Notes under the pieces: model-generated
Told to the model about the DNA's origin: nothing
What the model saw: only the letters and a program-made list of their open reading frames with translations
The model's database searches: none
Shown: positions 52,663 through 61,199 of the stretch, in pieces
How the letters are laid out: the number at the start of each line of letters is the position of its first letter
Position numbering within the stretch: the first letter of the stretch is position 1
Virus record (IMG/VR): IMGVR_UViG_3300042013_000056
Location: 32,001 to 96,000 of that record
Reading direction: 5' to 3' (one strand)
Origin: a virus
Length of the DNA: 64,000 nt
Translations under genes and position numbers: made by a program

Positions 52663-52964
52663 TCAATATCATCCATGTGATGGGCGTATTGGAGGAATCT
52701 GATACGCTTCTTGAGCTTGAGTGCATCCCATTCAGTTGCATCAATCACACCATTTTCGATCAACAGATCGGTCATGGCTGCAATATCGGCAAGTTCGGCG
52801 GTCAGGTTGTCCCGATTAGGCAACGAGTCCGGGTTTGTTGGCTTTCGTGAGTCCAACCCATGGCGAAGAATCTTGCCGATGACTTGAACGACTTCGCCGC
52901 ATTCCTCTGAGGTTCCACCTAACAATTCAAGTTGCTTCGGTGTTAATTTGTTGAAGTGGTTCAT
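52659..52964 (-). CDS. MazG-like NTP pyrophosphatase
   Basis: SEECGEVVQVIGKILRHG...L..ELADI; start moved to ATG 52964. Confidence 0.75.
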   Translation of the reverse strand: MNHFNKLTPKQLELLGGTSEECGEVVQVIGKILRHGLDSRKPTNPDSLPNRDNLTAELADIAAMTDLLIENGVIDATEWDALKLKKRIRFLQYAHHMDDIE

Positions 52965-53403
52965 TTGATACAAATCCTGCTTTCTTTCGATGGAAATCGA
53001 CGAAATTGGGAATTGCCAACCATTCAGTTGGACAGAACCCGGCCTTATCATCGACGATGATTGACATGTAGAACTTTTCAGCGACGTTACAGGTAACATT
53101 GCCGGGTTCCATTGGATTGGAATTGAAACCGGAAATCCGAATGCCTTGATCTTCAAAGAACTTGATGATATGGGGCTTTTCTTCTTCCTGCACCGAACTC
53201 CACAGAATCAGATGGGTTTCCGGGAACTCAACCAAACGTTGGATTGCACGTTTGATGTAATAGTCGTCAATCCACTCATAGGTGAATTGCTTGTACGTGG
53301 ATTTGATACAAGTGCCGTGAAGATCGAGTGCCCAATACACCCGATCCCATTTACGTTCAGCAGTTTTTTGGTATGCGGCTTCAATTGCTCGGAAGATCGA
53401 CAT
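52927..53403 (-). CDS. HAD-superfamily phosphatase-like protein
   Basis: WALDLHGT, LILWS, IIVDDKAGF. Confidence 0.7.
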   Translation of the reverse strand: MSIFRAIEAAYQKTAERKWDRVYWALDLHGTCIKSTYKQFTYEWIDDYYIKRAIQRLVEFPETHLILWSSVQEEEKPHIIKFFEDQGIRISGFNSNPMEPGNVTCNVAEKFYMSIIVDDKAGFCPTEWLAIPNFVDFHRKKAGFVSNEPLQQINTEAT

Positions 53404-53617
53404 TTGTTTTAACCAGCTCCATAATTTTCAACAGACCAATCGCACGCTGACCAGATTCAGAAATCAAGGTCGGCAAAGAACGAATGTTGTTTTCAACGGC
53501 GAGTTCATGTTGCTCATCGATGTTGATGTATTCGTAATCCACACCAAGTGCATCGAGTTGAGTTTTTGTTTGATTACAGTTGCCGCACCAAGGGGCACCA
53601 AAGATTTTGTATTTCAA
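53381..53617 (-). CDS. Glutaredoxin/thioredoxin-like protein
   Basis: GAPWCGNC, IRSLPTL; TTG start coupled to upstream stop. Confidence 0.82.
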   Translation of the reverse strand: MKYKIFGAPWCGNCNQTKTQLDALGVDYEYINIDEQHELAVENNIRSLPTLISESGQRAIGLLKIMELVKTNVDLPSN

Positions 53618-53868
53618 CGAATTTTTACCTTGTTTTCGATATATGGTTTCAGCCAGAAGTTGTACAGGCCGCGAAACCACAAGAGGGTGATTGCTGTAGT
53701 TGTTACCAGCACACCGACTTCACCCGAACGAATGGCGATCACGTACCAGAACGGTTGGGAGACAATACCAAACAAACATCCATACTTGACAAGTGTTGGT
53801 GAATTTACACACCACATGCCAGCCAATGTCAGGAACATTTGGAGTGCCCCAATAAAATCAAGATGCAT
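53614..53868 (-). CDS. Small 3-TM protein, PnuC/SemiSWEET-like
   Basis: G.LFGIVSQPFWY..A...G..GVL......L.W.RG.Y.FW. Confidence 0.45.
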   Translation of the reverse strand: MHLDFIGALQMFLTLAGMWCVNSPTLVKYGCLFGIVSQPFWYVIAIRSGEVGVLVTTTAITLLWFRGLYNFWLKPYIENKVKIR

Positions 53869-54118
53869 GATTACCATCCAGTCGGCTTTGCAGCCGGTTG
53901 CTAAAGAATTTGCCGGGAAACGGCTTGTTTACATGAGAGTCGTTGAAGTCGGTAGGAACCAGCTTACGACCAAGACGGGATTCGACATGCCCAATACAGA
54001 GCATGCCTTTGTTGGAGTCATGAATTGCGTTCCATGTTGTATCAATCAACATGTAGTGTTCACCGATCTTGCCAGTATCCACACCACAATCCATACACAA
54101 GAATTTCTTACGAGACAT
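53858..54118 (-). CDS. Zn-binding hypothetical protein
   Basis: C.DCG....E.YM...W...GMLCIG..E.RLGR.L...DF. Confidence 0.65.
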   Translation of the reverse strand: MSRKKFLCMDCGVDTGKIGEHYMLIDTTWNAIHDSNKGMLCIGHVESRLGRKLVPTDFNDSHVNKPFPGKFFSNRLQSRLDGNHAS

Positions 54119-54180
54119 TCTAACCAAGCCCATTCTGTTTTGAAACTGAATCATATCAGATTAAAACAGAATAGCAAACA

Positions 54181-54429
54181 TTAGGTTGGTGTATTTTCGT
54201 AGATTGGTAAAAGCTCTTTCGGGATGATCATCAAGCTTTCGCGGACGGTCAGTGAAATTTTACCACCACTACGGTAACCATCAGTTTCATTCTTATCCAG
54301 ATACAGACGCTGAACCTGAACGTTCTTTTCGCGGGCCAATGTGACCTTGTAGAATGCCAAACCGGAACGATTTACCGAATATACAAGGTAATCATTGTTG
54401 GAAATTTCGTTACCAATTACATCTTTCAC
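54181..54429 (-). CDS. Hypothetical protein (KD..G.E family)
   Basis: GTG start coupled to upstream stop; KDVIGNEIS. Confidence 0.6.
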   Translation of the reverse strand: MKDVIGNEISNNDYLVYSVNRSGLAFYKVTLAREKNVQVQRLYLDKNETDGYRSGGKISLTVRESLMIIPKELLPIYENTPT

Positions 54430-54725
54430 GGTAAAAAGTCCTTGAGCAATTCGAATGGATAGATCAAAAGCGAATTTGGGCATTTAATGGTTTGTGGTTT
54501 TCTAACCGGCACCAATGTAAGTGGGCGATCAACACGTTCAGCCACTGGCAACGACCAGTCAGGGCCACTAACAATGTTATATTCATGGACATTCAATCGC
54601 CCATCGTCCGCATAACCTTTGATGTAGTAGTATCGAGCGTATGCCTGACCACAGTTACCGAAAATCGAAACAATCCACGAATCTGCGTGAATCTCACGAC
54701 CAAAATTATCTTTATGCAGTTCCAT
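54426..54725 (-). CDS. Hypothetical protein (KD..GRE family)
   Basis: MELHKDNFGREIHAD. Confidence 0.6.
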   Translation of the reverse strand: MELHKDNFGREIHADSWIVSIFGNCGQAYARYYYIKGYADDGRLNVHEYNIVSGPDWSLPVAERVDRPLTLVPVRKPQTIKCPNSLLIYPFELLKDFLP

Positions 54726-54743
54726 CAATAAATTCCGGGCAAT

Positions 54744-54768
54744 AAAAAAGGCCGCTAACGGCCTTTTT
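54744..54768. terminator. Bidirectional-type terminator
   Basis: AAAAAAGGCCG-CTAA-CGGCCTTTTT. Confidence 0.78.
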
Positions 54769-54783
54769 AAAGGGGTTGTAAAA

Positions 54784-55047
54784 TCAGCCTTTGTCGTCCA
54801 ACAGACGATCACACGCAAGGCTACGGGCGGTTTCTTCGCATTCCTGCCGATTGGCCTTGGTCTTCGGTGCCATCATGTAGCAACCGTTGAACTGTTGGAT
54901 TGCCAACTGTTTTTGAGCCAGTGTCGAACAGGTATACATCACACGGGACGAATCAACTCGACCTTCAACGTGCATCTGTTCTTCTTTCGAGGCACAGCCG
55001 GTCATTGCGAGTGCAGCCAGTGCCAGTGCAGCAAATTTCGTTTTCAT
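54784..55047 (-). CDS. Putative lipoprotein
   Basis: MKTK..ALAALAMTGC lipobox. Confidence 0.72.
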   Translation of the reverse strand: MKTKFAALALAALAMTGCASKEEQMHVEGRVDSSRVMYTCSTLAQKQLAIQQFNGCYMMAPKTKANRQECEETARSLACDRLLDDKG

Positions 55048-55057
55048 GGTTTAATCC

Positions 55058-55714
55058 TTAATGAATTGGGTCAGTGAGAACCAGTTGCGAGTTTCTACGC
55101 ATCCAGTTAGCACCATGACAGTCAATCGTTACCTTAGTACCCTTACCGGCTAACCAAAGAACAATGTCGGCCAGATGTGTATGACTATAGCCACCCATCC
55201 AACGCAAGTCAAACCAAGAATTCAAATAATAACTAATCCGTTGACGCTTCCGCTTCCGGGTCATATTCATCACCCCGAACATCGGTGAACGAACTGCTTT
55301 AACCACGTTCCACATACCAACACTATGGTCGATTTGGGCGTCTTCAAGCAGTTCCATGCGGGAAACACACCACCCACCAAGCTCGTACAGTTCGAACACC
55401 TTTGGCAGCATCGGATTCGATTCGTGGTGATCCAACGCAAATTTTGCGTATTCGACCCACTTATCCCGCCGATTATAAACCAGTTTGATCGCACCATCAC
55501 GGTTCGGGTGTGAGATAACAATCGAGTACATCCCGGCCCCGAGAATTTTACACCCGTAAAATTTCAACTGTTCGATGAAATATGTACGATCCAAACTCTC
55601 ATCGTCTTTGAACAGATTAGTCATACGTTCAGGGATTTTACTGAGGTCGCCCCACACAACCATATCGGAAATGATAGAATACCGATCCAATAACCGCGAC
55701 ATTACATCGTCCAT
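55058..55714 (-). CDS. T7 gp0.7-like Ser/Thr protein kinase
   Basis: GCKILGAGMYSIVISHP, AIKL, NPMLPKV, DCHGANWM, LVLTDPI. Confidence 0.8.
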   Translation of the reverse strand: MDDVMSRLLDRYSIISDMVVWGDLSKIPERMTNLFKDDESLDRTYFIEQLKFYGCKILGAGMYSIVISHPNRDGAIKLVYNRRDKWVEYAKFALDHHESNPMLPKVFELYELGGWCVSRMELLEDAQIDHSVGMWNVVKAVRSPMFGVMNMTRKRKRQRISYYLNSWFDLRWMGGYSHTHLADIVLWLAGKGTKVTIDCHGANWMRRNSQLVLTDPIH

Positions 55715-56607
55715 TCGAAAACATTACCTTCAACAAGCTCTTTGGAATTTGATGTGCCGAACGGATCGTTCACCACCGGGATTTTACCACGAAGCATCAT
55801 ATTGAAATCTGACAGGTCATCGCCATTGTTATTATTGACTTTGACCGCAGTTGCATCAAACACCATGGACATCTGAATCAGGTCGTCGCGGTTGATAGCA
55901 GCCATGAAAACAAACGTCTCATGTTCCATCATGTCGCTGATGTATTCGCCAAAGTTCAAGTCTGGGTGATACGACTCTGCCAAATCACGGAAGCAGCCAC
56001 CATCCGGGGCTTCCACGTCATGATTTTCATGCAGGCTTTCAACAACCATCGCATAGACACCACCCTTTTGATACAAAGCGGCGATCTTCGGTGCAAAGAT
56101 GTTGCCTTGAATCTCAGTGCATGCCTTAGCCCAATCGAAACCGCCGTCTTCACCCCACTCATAGGCGACATCAGCGATGTTCATTTTGATGATCCATTGT
56201 TCACTCAGACGGTATGCAACGCTGAACGAACCAGACCCAAGGTGGCTGAATACCGATTCCATTGCAGATGTTGCAAATTCACGATCAATCCCAACACCAG
56301 ATTCATGACCGGCATAGTCAGCACCCAGACTTTCTTCACTGGCATATTCAGTGAACAGTTCGACCAAAGCTTTGGGAATTTGGGTAATGTCCATGGATTT
56401 GATGATCTTCAACTGACTATCAACATGATTCCGAGCGATATCCCATTGAGTCTTTTCATCTGGAATGAAATCAACCGGTGATTCAATTGTATCAATCACC
56501 CGTGGCGTTTGAACATCCAGTTGATTGATCTGATGCAAGTACATGTGGCACACGTCCATATCAACAAACGGACGTACTTCGGCCAAGAGTTGTTGTTCCA
56601 GCTCCAT
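55702..56607 (-). CDS. T7 gp0.7-like kinase with divergent catalytic loop
   Basis: HLGSGSFSVAY, IIKM, FAPKI, DLSDFNMM, VVNDPF. Confidence 0.7.
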   Translation of the reverse strand: MELEQQLLAEVRPFVDMDVCHMYLHQINQLDVQTPRVIDTIESPVDFIPDEKTQWDIARNHVDSQLKIIKSMDITQIPKALVELFTEYASEESLGADYAGHESGVGIDREFATSAMESVFSHLGSGSFSVAYRLSEQWIIKMNIADVAYEWGEDGGFDWAKACTEIQGNIFAPKIAALYQKGGVYAMVVESLHENHDVEAPDGGCFRDLAESYHPDLNFGEYISDMMEHETFVFMAAINRDDLIQMSMVFDATAVKVNNNNGDDLSDFNMMLRGKIPVVNDPFGTSNSKELVEGNVFEWTM

Positions 56608-56671
56608 TCCCCAAATCCCCAATACTAAAATTGTCTGTCATCGCCTCGTTTTGTTCCAAGGCGTATGCGAT

Positions 56672-57151
56672 TCAGTTATTTTCCAGAAGTTTCTGTGCCC
56701 GGTCAAGCTCCAAATACGAAATTTGGTACTTTTTCATTCTGTTGATGTCATTTTCTGTAACACCTTTCAGACGCGTCAGACTGGAATTGTGTTTGATGTC
56801 GCCTTTTTTGATCTTGATCAGACGAACATTTTGTGATTTCACGATCCGATCAATGAACACCCGATACGATTCATCAGGGCGACGGGTCAGCGCATCAACC
56901 AAACTTAACAATGCAATACGGTTATATTTCATTGCGATGTTGACAAGCCGATCCATGTAATCAGGTTTATCTTCTTTCAGGTCATGGGCGAAGGCAGCGG
57001 CCAGATAAACGTCACTGTCAACACCCATGTGACGGGCATTCTCCATGACGGCGAAGCAATGCAGCACGTAAGGACGACCGCCCTTATCAACATCGTTCGC
57101 AAACGCTTCCGACACCAACGCAATTACTTCACCTAGGAGAGTTCCCATCAC
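56672..57151 (-). CDS. HD-domain (p)ppGpp hydrolase-like protein (RelA/SpoT HD, Mesh1-type)
   Basis: DKGG.PY..H...V...AA..HD..ED, LTRR..ESY..FI.RI, IK..DI.HN. Confidence 0.8.
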   Translation of the reverse strand: MMGTLLGEVIALVSEAFANDVDKGGRPYVLHCFAVMENARHMGVDSDVYLAAAFAHDLKEDKPDYMDRLVNIAMKYNRIALLSLVDALTRRPDESYRVFIDRIVKSQNVRLIKIKKGDIKHNSSLTRLKGVTENDINRMKKYQISYLELDRAQKLLENN

Positions 57152-57501
57152 TTAACCTCTTTGTATTCGACTACGTTCGGGAACCAGCTCAAGACTGGTG
57201 CAATACGATAACCACTGACACGGAAGTCGTAGGTTTTACCGACCTTGATGTCATTGTAGAAATCGGCAGAATCCCATTTCCAGTTGATGATGGAATCGGT
57301 GTTCTGGAACACACCCTTGTCGGTATAGAACATATACTTGCAGGAATCACGCGATTTGCAGCGCTCACCCTTTTCGGTAACCGTTACCGACATCACATCT
57401 TCTTTGATGAACGGTTTGGTGGCAGCAGCAAGAATCACACCAGCAATTGCCAATGCTGCGATTCCGTACAGAACAGTACCGAGTGTCAAATTTTTACTCA
57501 C
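57148..57501 (-). CDS. Membrane-anchored conserved phage protein (YTDKGVF.NTDS...K.DS.D)
   Basis: N-terminal TM plus a recognisable beta-domain motif. Confidence 0.72.
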   Translation of the reverse strand: MSKNLTLGTVLYGIAALAIAGVILAAATKPFIKEDVMSVTVTEKGERCKSRDSCKYMFYTDKGVFQNTDSIINWKWDSADFYNDIKVGKTYDFRVSGYRIAPVLSWFPNVVEYKEVK

Positions 57502-57504
57502 GAA

Positions 57505-57822
57505 TTACCCCACATTTTCAGTGTAATAGCCGACAATCTGGGTCAAAGACTTGACCGCTTCGTTGATCGACTCAGTATCGCCACGATTGGCTTGTTGCAT
57601 TGCATCAATCACAAACTCAATGTGTTTGCGTTCTTCGATAGGCATTGGAGTCTTGTCGGCCAGATATGCCAGAATCGAAACGCCAGCCAATGCGGCTGAA
57701 CGATTCAACATGTCACTTTGGGCCAGCTCACGAACAGCAACAACCTCGACCTTGATTTTTCCATTGCCGGGAATCTTTGCGATGTCACCCAGCAGCTTTG
57801 TTACCTTTGCGTTTGTAGTCAT
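57505..57822 (-). CDS. Hypothetical protein
   Basis: AAGGAAG upstream; own promoter at about 57843-57872. Confidence 0.68.
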   Translation of the reverse strand: MTTNAKVTKLLGDIAKIPGNGKIKVEVVAVRELAQSDMLNRSAALAGVSILAYLADKTPMPIEERKHIEFVIDAMQQANRGDTESINEAVKSLTQIVGYYTENVG

Positions 57823-58018
57823 TTTTGCTTCCTTTGAGTTCAATTCTATACCAACACACGAACAGAATAAACATTTGGGCGAAATAAAGCCATGTGAGCT
57901 TCTGTAAGGCGCAGAAATGCTAACCGCGTATGTTGGGGTGCAGTTTGATACAAACCACCTCAGAACGGATTCTGGGTGGTTCTGTGGCTATGCAGGAGAG
58001 GTATGGATAGAGACTGAG

Positions 58019-58624
58019 TTAAACAAACTCAAAAAACTCTGACAGGACGCCAGAATTTGAAGATGCTTCCATGTGCTGCAATTCATCCTTTATCCCCATG
58101 CGCTCTAATACGAACGCAAAAAATAGTCGTTGACCTTCTTTTGTCCATAGGTTAAAGGCTGGAATTCCTTTGGCCCGCGCTAAATTGAACGCAGACGCAG
58201 TTCCACCCTTAACACTAATCCCGGCTGGTGGTGCATAGGCAGCAACAACATCGGTTTTGCTTTTTAAGTCCAACCCTAGGACTTGAAATACATTGCGTGT
58301 ATGCATCGCTTGGGCGTACTCACTGAGGTTATCCCACCTCGGGTGGAGCTTGCTTGCGATGTCTTCCGCTTCGAACCATATATCACCATAGTCAGATATA
58401 TGGCCGCAAGTAGAGTTTTTTGCGATAACCTCGGAAGTTCCCTTGACAACATAAATTTCTTTTCTATCAAAGCCCAACCAGCCTTGTTCCCATGCAGTGT
58501 CCGCGCCGATAGCCCCACCAGACCTGAGTTCCCAGCCTTGACGTGCCATTCGTCGGGCAATCTGATACAGCATATCGAACGCTTGTTTATTGACCTTCCG
58601 GGTGCCGATTCCAGTAACGATCAT
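58019..58624 (-). CDS. SLOG-superfamily (DprA/Smf-like) nucleotide-binding protein
   Basis: TGIGTR, LRSGGAIGAD.A.E.G, H.RN..QVLG.DL, GGT..A...A...IP.FNL. Confidence 0.8.
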   Translation of the reverse strand: MIVTGIGTRKVNKQAFDMLYQIARRMARQGWELRSGGAIGADTAWEQGWLGFDRKEIYVVKGTSEVIAKNSTCGHISDYGDIWFEAEDIASKLHPRWDNLSEYAQAMHTRNVFQVLGLDLKSKTDVVAAYAPPAGISVKGGTASAFNLARAKGIPAFNLWTKEGQRLFFAFVLERMGIKDELQHMEASSNSGVLSEFFEFV

Positions 58625-58639
58625 AAATCACCGCCACTG

Positions 58640-59089
58640 TCAACCATTGTCTCTAAGCCGGGTAAGGATGCCGCAAAACTCACGCTCGGTCAGTACCGTA
58701 TAACTAGGATCACTAGACCCAATTGTGTGAGTCAGGTGCATCCCCTTAGTTGCCTTTAGGGCCGACTGAAACCCGTCACTCTGTCTGTACATAGAGCAAT
58801 AAGCTTGCCAGAGAAGGTGTTTGTACTCTGGTGAATGCCGACCAATTGGGCAACCCTTCCACCAGAGTGTTTGTGCTTGACGCCAAGCCTTGTTACGTGC
58901 TTTGCCTCTGAACTTCGCTGCCTTACCGATCAACTTGCAGACTTCAACTTGAATATGGGGCTTGTCAAACTTGAGTGATTGTAGTAGCCCCTCCATTGAG
59001 GCGCAATCAATTCCATCAAATATAAACCCATGTCCAGCGAAGTTGGAGAGAGCCGAACTAGGCCAGCCATTTCCACCTTGGATATTCAT
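58640..59089 (-). CDS. NADAR-family ADP-ribosylhydrolase (T4 gp30.3-like)
   Basis: WPSSALSNFA..F.FDG...SMEG.LQ.LK...TL.WKG....S...L...TVLTE.EF..L.RLR. Confidence 0.85.
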   Translation of the reverse strand: MNIQGGNGWPSSALSNFAGHGFIFDGIDCASMEGLLQSLKFDKPHIQVEVCKLIGKAAKFRGKARNKAWRQAQTLWWKGCPIGRHSPEYKHLLWQAYCSMYRQSDGFQSALKATKGMHLTHTIGSSDPSYTVLTEREFCGILTRLRDNG

Positions 59090-59367
59090 TCTACTTCAAT
59101 CTGTTCTTTGAGGATTTGTATCAAATCTTCTGCGTTGGTGCATGACCCTTTCAAGTCGTCCAACAGTTGAATCAACTTGATTGGATTAATCAATTGAATC
59201 ACAACGTCGTCTGTTTGGTCTGGGAACTTTCGACCTTTATCACGACAGTATGAGTATCTGGTTTTTGCATTCCGTGCAGTATCAACCACAGAACACCAGT
59301 CTGCTAATTTACCGGTGGTTTTGTTGGCAACTATGTACGCTTGTTCTTTCAGTATGTTTTGTGTCAT
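59086..59367 (-). CDS. Hypothetical protein
   Basis: ATGA-coupled to NADAR. Confidence 0.65.
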   Translation of the reverse strand: MTQNILKEQAYIVANKTTGKLADWCSVVDTARNAKTRYSYCRDKGRKFPDQTDDVVIQLINPIKLIQLLDDLKGSCTNAEDLIQILKEQIEVE

Positions 59368-59385
59368 TACTTTATCCTTGGCAAT

Positions 59386-59413
59386 AAAAAACCCGACCTA
59401 TGGCCGGGTTTTT
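59386..59413. terminator. Terminator
   Basis: AAAAAACCCG-ACCTATGGC-CGGGTTTTT. Confidence 0.72.
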
Positions 59414-59426
59414 AACTTCTGTTTGA

Positions 59427-60779
59427 TTACTGGGCGACTTTCATGTCCAGCATCAGGTCTTTGGCGTACTTGACCGAAGCCAGTTGTGCCAAGTTGCTGA
59501 TTTCACCTTGACGGCTGGACCCTTCACCAGTACCACCCATGACCATTTGTGGTACAGGGGCTTTAGCAGCGGCAGCGGCCCAAGCTTTGTTAGCTTCGAC
59601 GTATGCAGCCAGTTTCTGGGTCAAAGCACCATCCGCAACCATTACCACTTTCTTGGCGTAAGCTTCTGCTTCGGCCTTTTCTTTGGTGGTCTTTGCATCA
59701 ATCTGCGCACGGTCAAAAACCAGTTGTGCAGTTTGTTTCTCGATGGCAGCACGTTCTTTTTCACGTTCTGCTACGGTGATTGCCAGTTTTTTATCGGTTT
59801 CAGCGTTAGTGGTACGTTCTACCTGATCACGCATTGTAATCTGGCGTTTTTCTTCCACTTCCTTTTCACCGTTAGCGGTAACCAGTTTCTTCTGTTCGTC
59901 CGCAGTCTGACGACCTTGGCGAGCCAGCATCAGGTCAGCTTGCGACTTCTGGATGTTGACCATACGATCTTTGAACTGTTTCGACGGATCGATGTTCAGG
60001 ATGTTCGCATCGGCAACGGTTACACCGAGTTTCGAGAACTGACGTTCCAGACGAATCGGTTGACCAGCTTTGTTCAGAACCTTTTGGGTAATAATAACGG
60101 TAGATGTATCACCGCCGAATTCACCTTGTTCAGTACCGTTCTGTGCGATGGCAGTACCAGCCGCTACACGGGTGTTCTGAACTTGTTTTTCTACACGCTC
60201 AACCACATAAGCGCCTTCCGAGATTTGGTCTTGGAAGCTTTGACGGAAGCCAGTAGCACCACCGCTGTAGTAGTCATCCGCAGTCATCAACTGTGCAGTC
60301 GATTGCAGCGTGGATTTCATTACCGGAACGATACTTTGCAGAACAAAGTTATCAGGGGTACGGTAGGTACGAGCAAGTTGCAGGAACTGTTCACCGTCTG
60401 GCAGAGCCACACGAACGTTCGCATCCACATTCGCAGTCACACCACCCAGAAAGGTGATAGGGAATGCGGAAATCAGTGACGATCCCAGTCCATCTTGATC
60501 AGCACCCTTCGGCAGAGACGCTACGTCAGAAACAGATTGCACCGACATTTGACGCGGCCATGGGGTGTAGTTACCGAAACCGATGTAGGTGTAACCAGTA
60601 GTGCTTACGACCTTTTCAGTTTGAAGCGGGAACTTGGTTGTCACTTGCGTGATGTAACCTGCGTTGTTGTAATAGAACATGCTGCTGAACATGATCCAAA
60701 CAAACAGCAAAGCTGCAATCGCACCACCGACAATGTACGTCAGTTTTTGGTTTTGTTTCAAAGTCTCAATAAAAGACAT
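59427..60779 (-). CDS. SPFH/band-7 (prohibitin/flotillin-like) membrane protein
   Basis: N-terminal TM, ITFLGG.TA...R..LP, long C-terminal coiled coil; start moved to ATG 60779 (AGGAAA). Confidence 0.8.
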   Translation of the reverse strand: MSFIETLKQNQKLTYIVGGAIAALLFVWIMFSSMFYYNNAGYITQVTTKFPLQTEKVVSTTGYTYIGFGNYTPWPRQMSVQSVSDVASLPKGADQDGLGSSLISAFPITFLGGVTANVDANVRVALPDGEQFLQLARTYRTPDNFVLQSIVPVMKSTLQSTAQLMTADDYYSGGATGFRQSFQDQISEGAYVVERVEKQVQNTRVAAGTAIAQNGTEQGEFGGDTSTVIITQKVLNKAGQPIRLERQFSKLGVTVADANILNIDPSKQFKDRMVNIQKSQADLMLARQGRQTADEQKKLVTANGEKEVEEKRQITMRDQVERTTNAETDKKLAITVAEREKERAAIEKQTAQLVFDRAQIDAKTTKEKAEAEAYAKKVVMVADGALTQKLAAYVEANKAWAAAAAKAPVPQMVMGGTGEGSSRQGEISNLAQLASVKYAKDLMLDMKVAQ

Positions 60780-60965
60780 CAATTTTCCTTTCCGTAATAT
60801 GGGGCGTTTCCGCCGTCGCTTTGTTACTGAACACACTATACCGCACATTCAGTTCCATTTAAACATTCTCAAGCATTTTGTTTCGTTTGATTCTGTTTGT
60901 TGCCGCTTGATGTGATGAATTCTACGGAATGAAACAGAACCCGTCAACACCTTTTTCAAATCTTT

Positions 60966-61199
60966 TTACGAAACCCACTGCAACGAACCATATTGCTGTG
61001 CAACCGCGATATCTCTCACGTAGTCGCAGACACCACCAGCCAACGCACGATCAACAAACAATGTGCGAATGCAGATGTTCAGGACATTATTCATATCAAT
61101 CCCACCGGCATATACACCAGTTTCCCATGCGTTATAGATGGTAGGTTCAATCTCAGCGACTGCAAACCGCATGAATTCGGCTTCTGATACCTCACGCAT
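60966..61199 (-). CDS. Hypothetical protein
   Basis: Start moved to ATG 61199, overlapping upstream stop. Confidence 0.55.
   Translation of the reverse strand: MREVSEAEFMRFAVAEIEPTIYNAWETGVYAGGIDMNNVLNICIRTLFVDRALAGGVCDYVRDIAVAQQYGSLQWVS

Noticed and set aside
57953-57981. Strong intergenic hairpin AACCACC-T-CAGAA-CGGA-TTCTG-GGTGGTT as an ncRNA
   Set aside because: Lies just after the SLOG stop and before the next promoter; most simply a terminator or processing hairpin, and no dedicated promoter was found
59484-60479. Long + strand ORFs (also 62962..63810, 53507..54184, 3977..4519, 34785..35534) and minus-strand 45585..46199
   Set aside because: Antisense shadows of well-supported genes with biased codon use; no RBS or recognisable motifs
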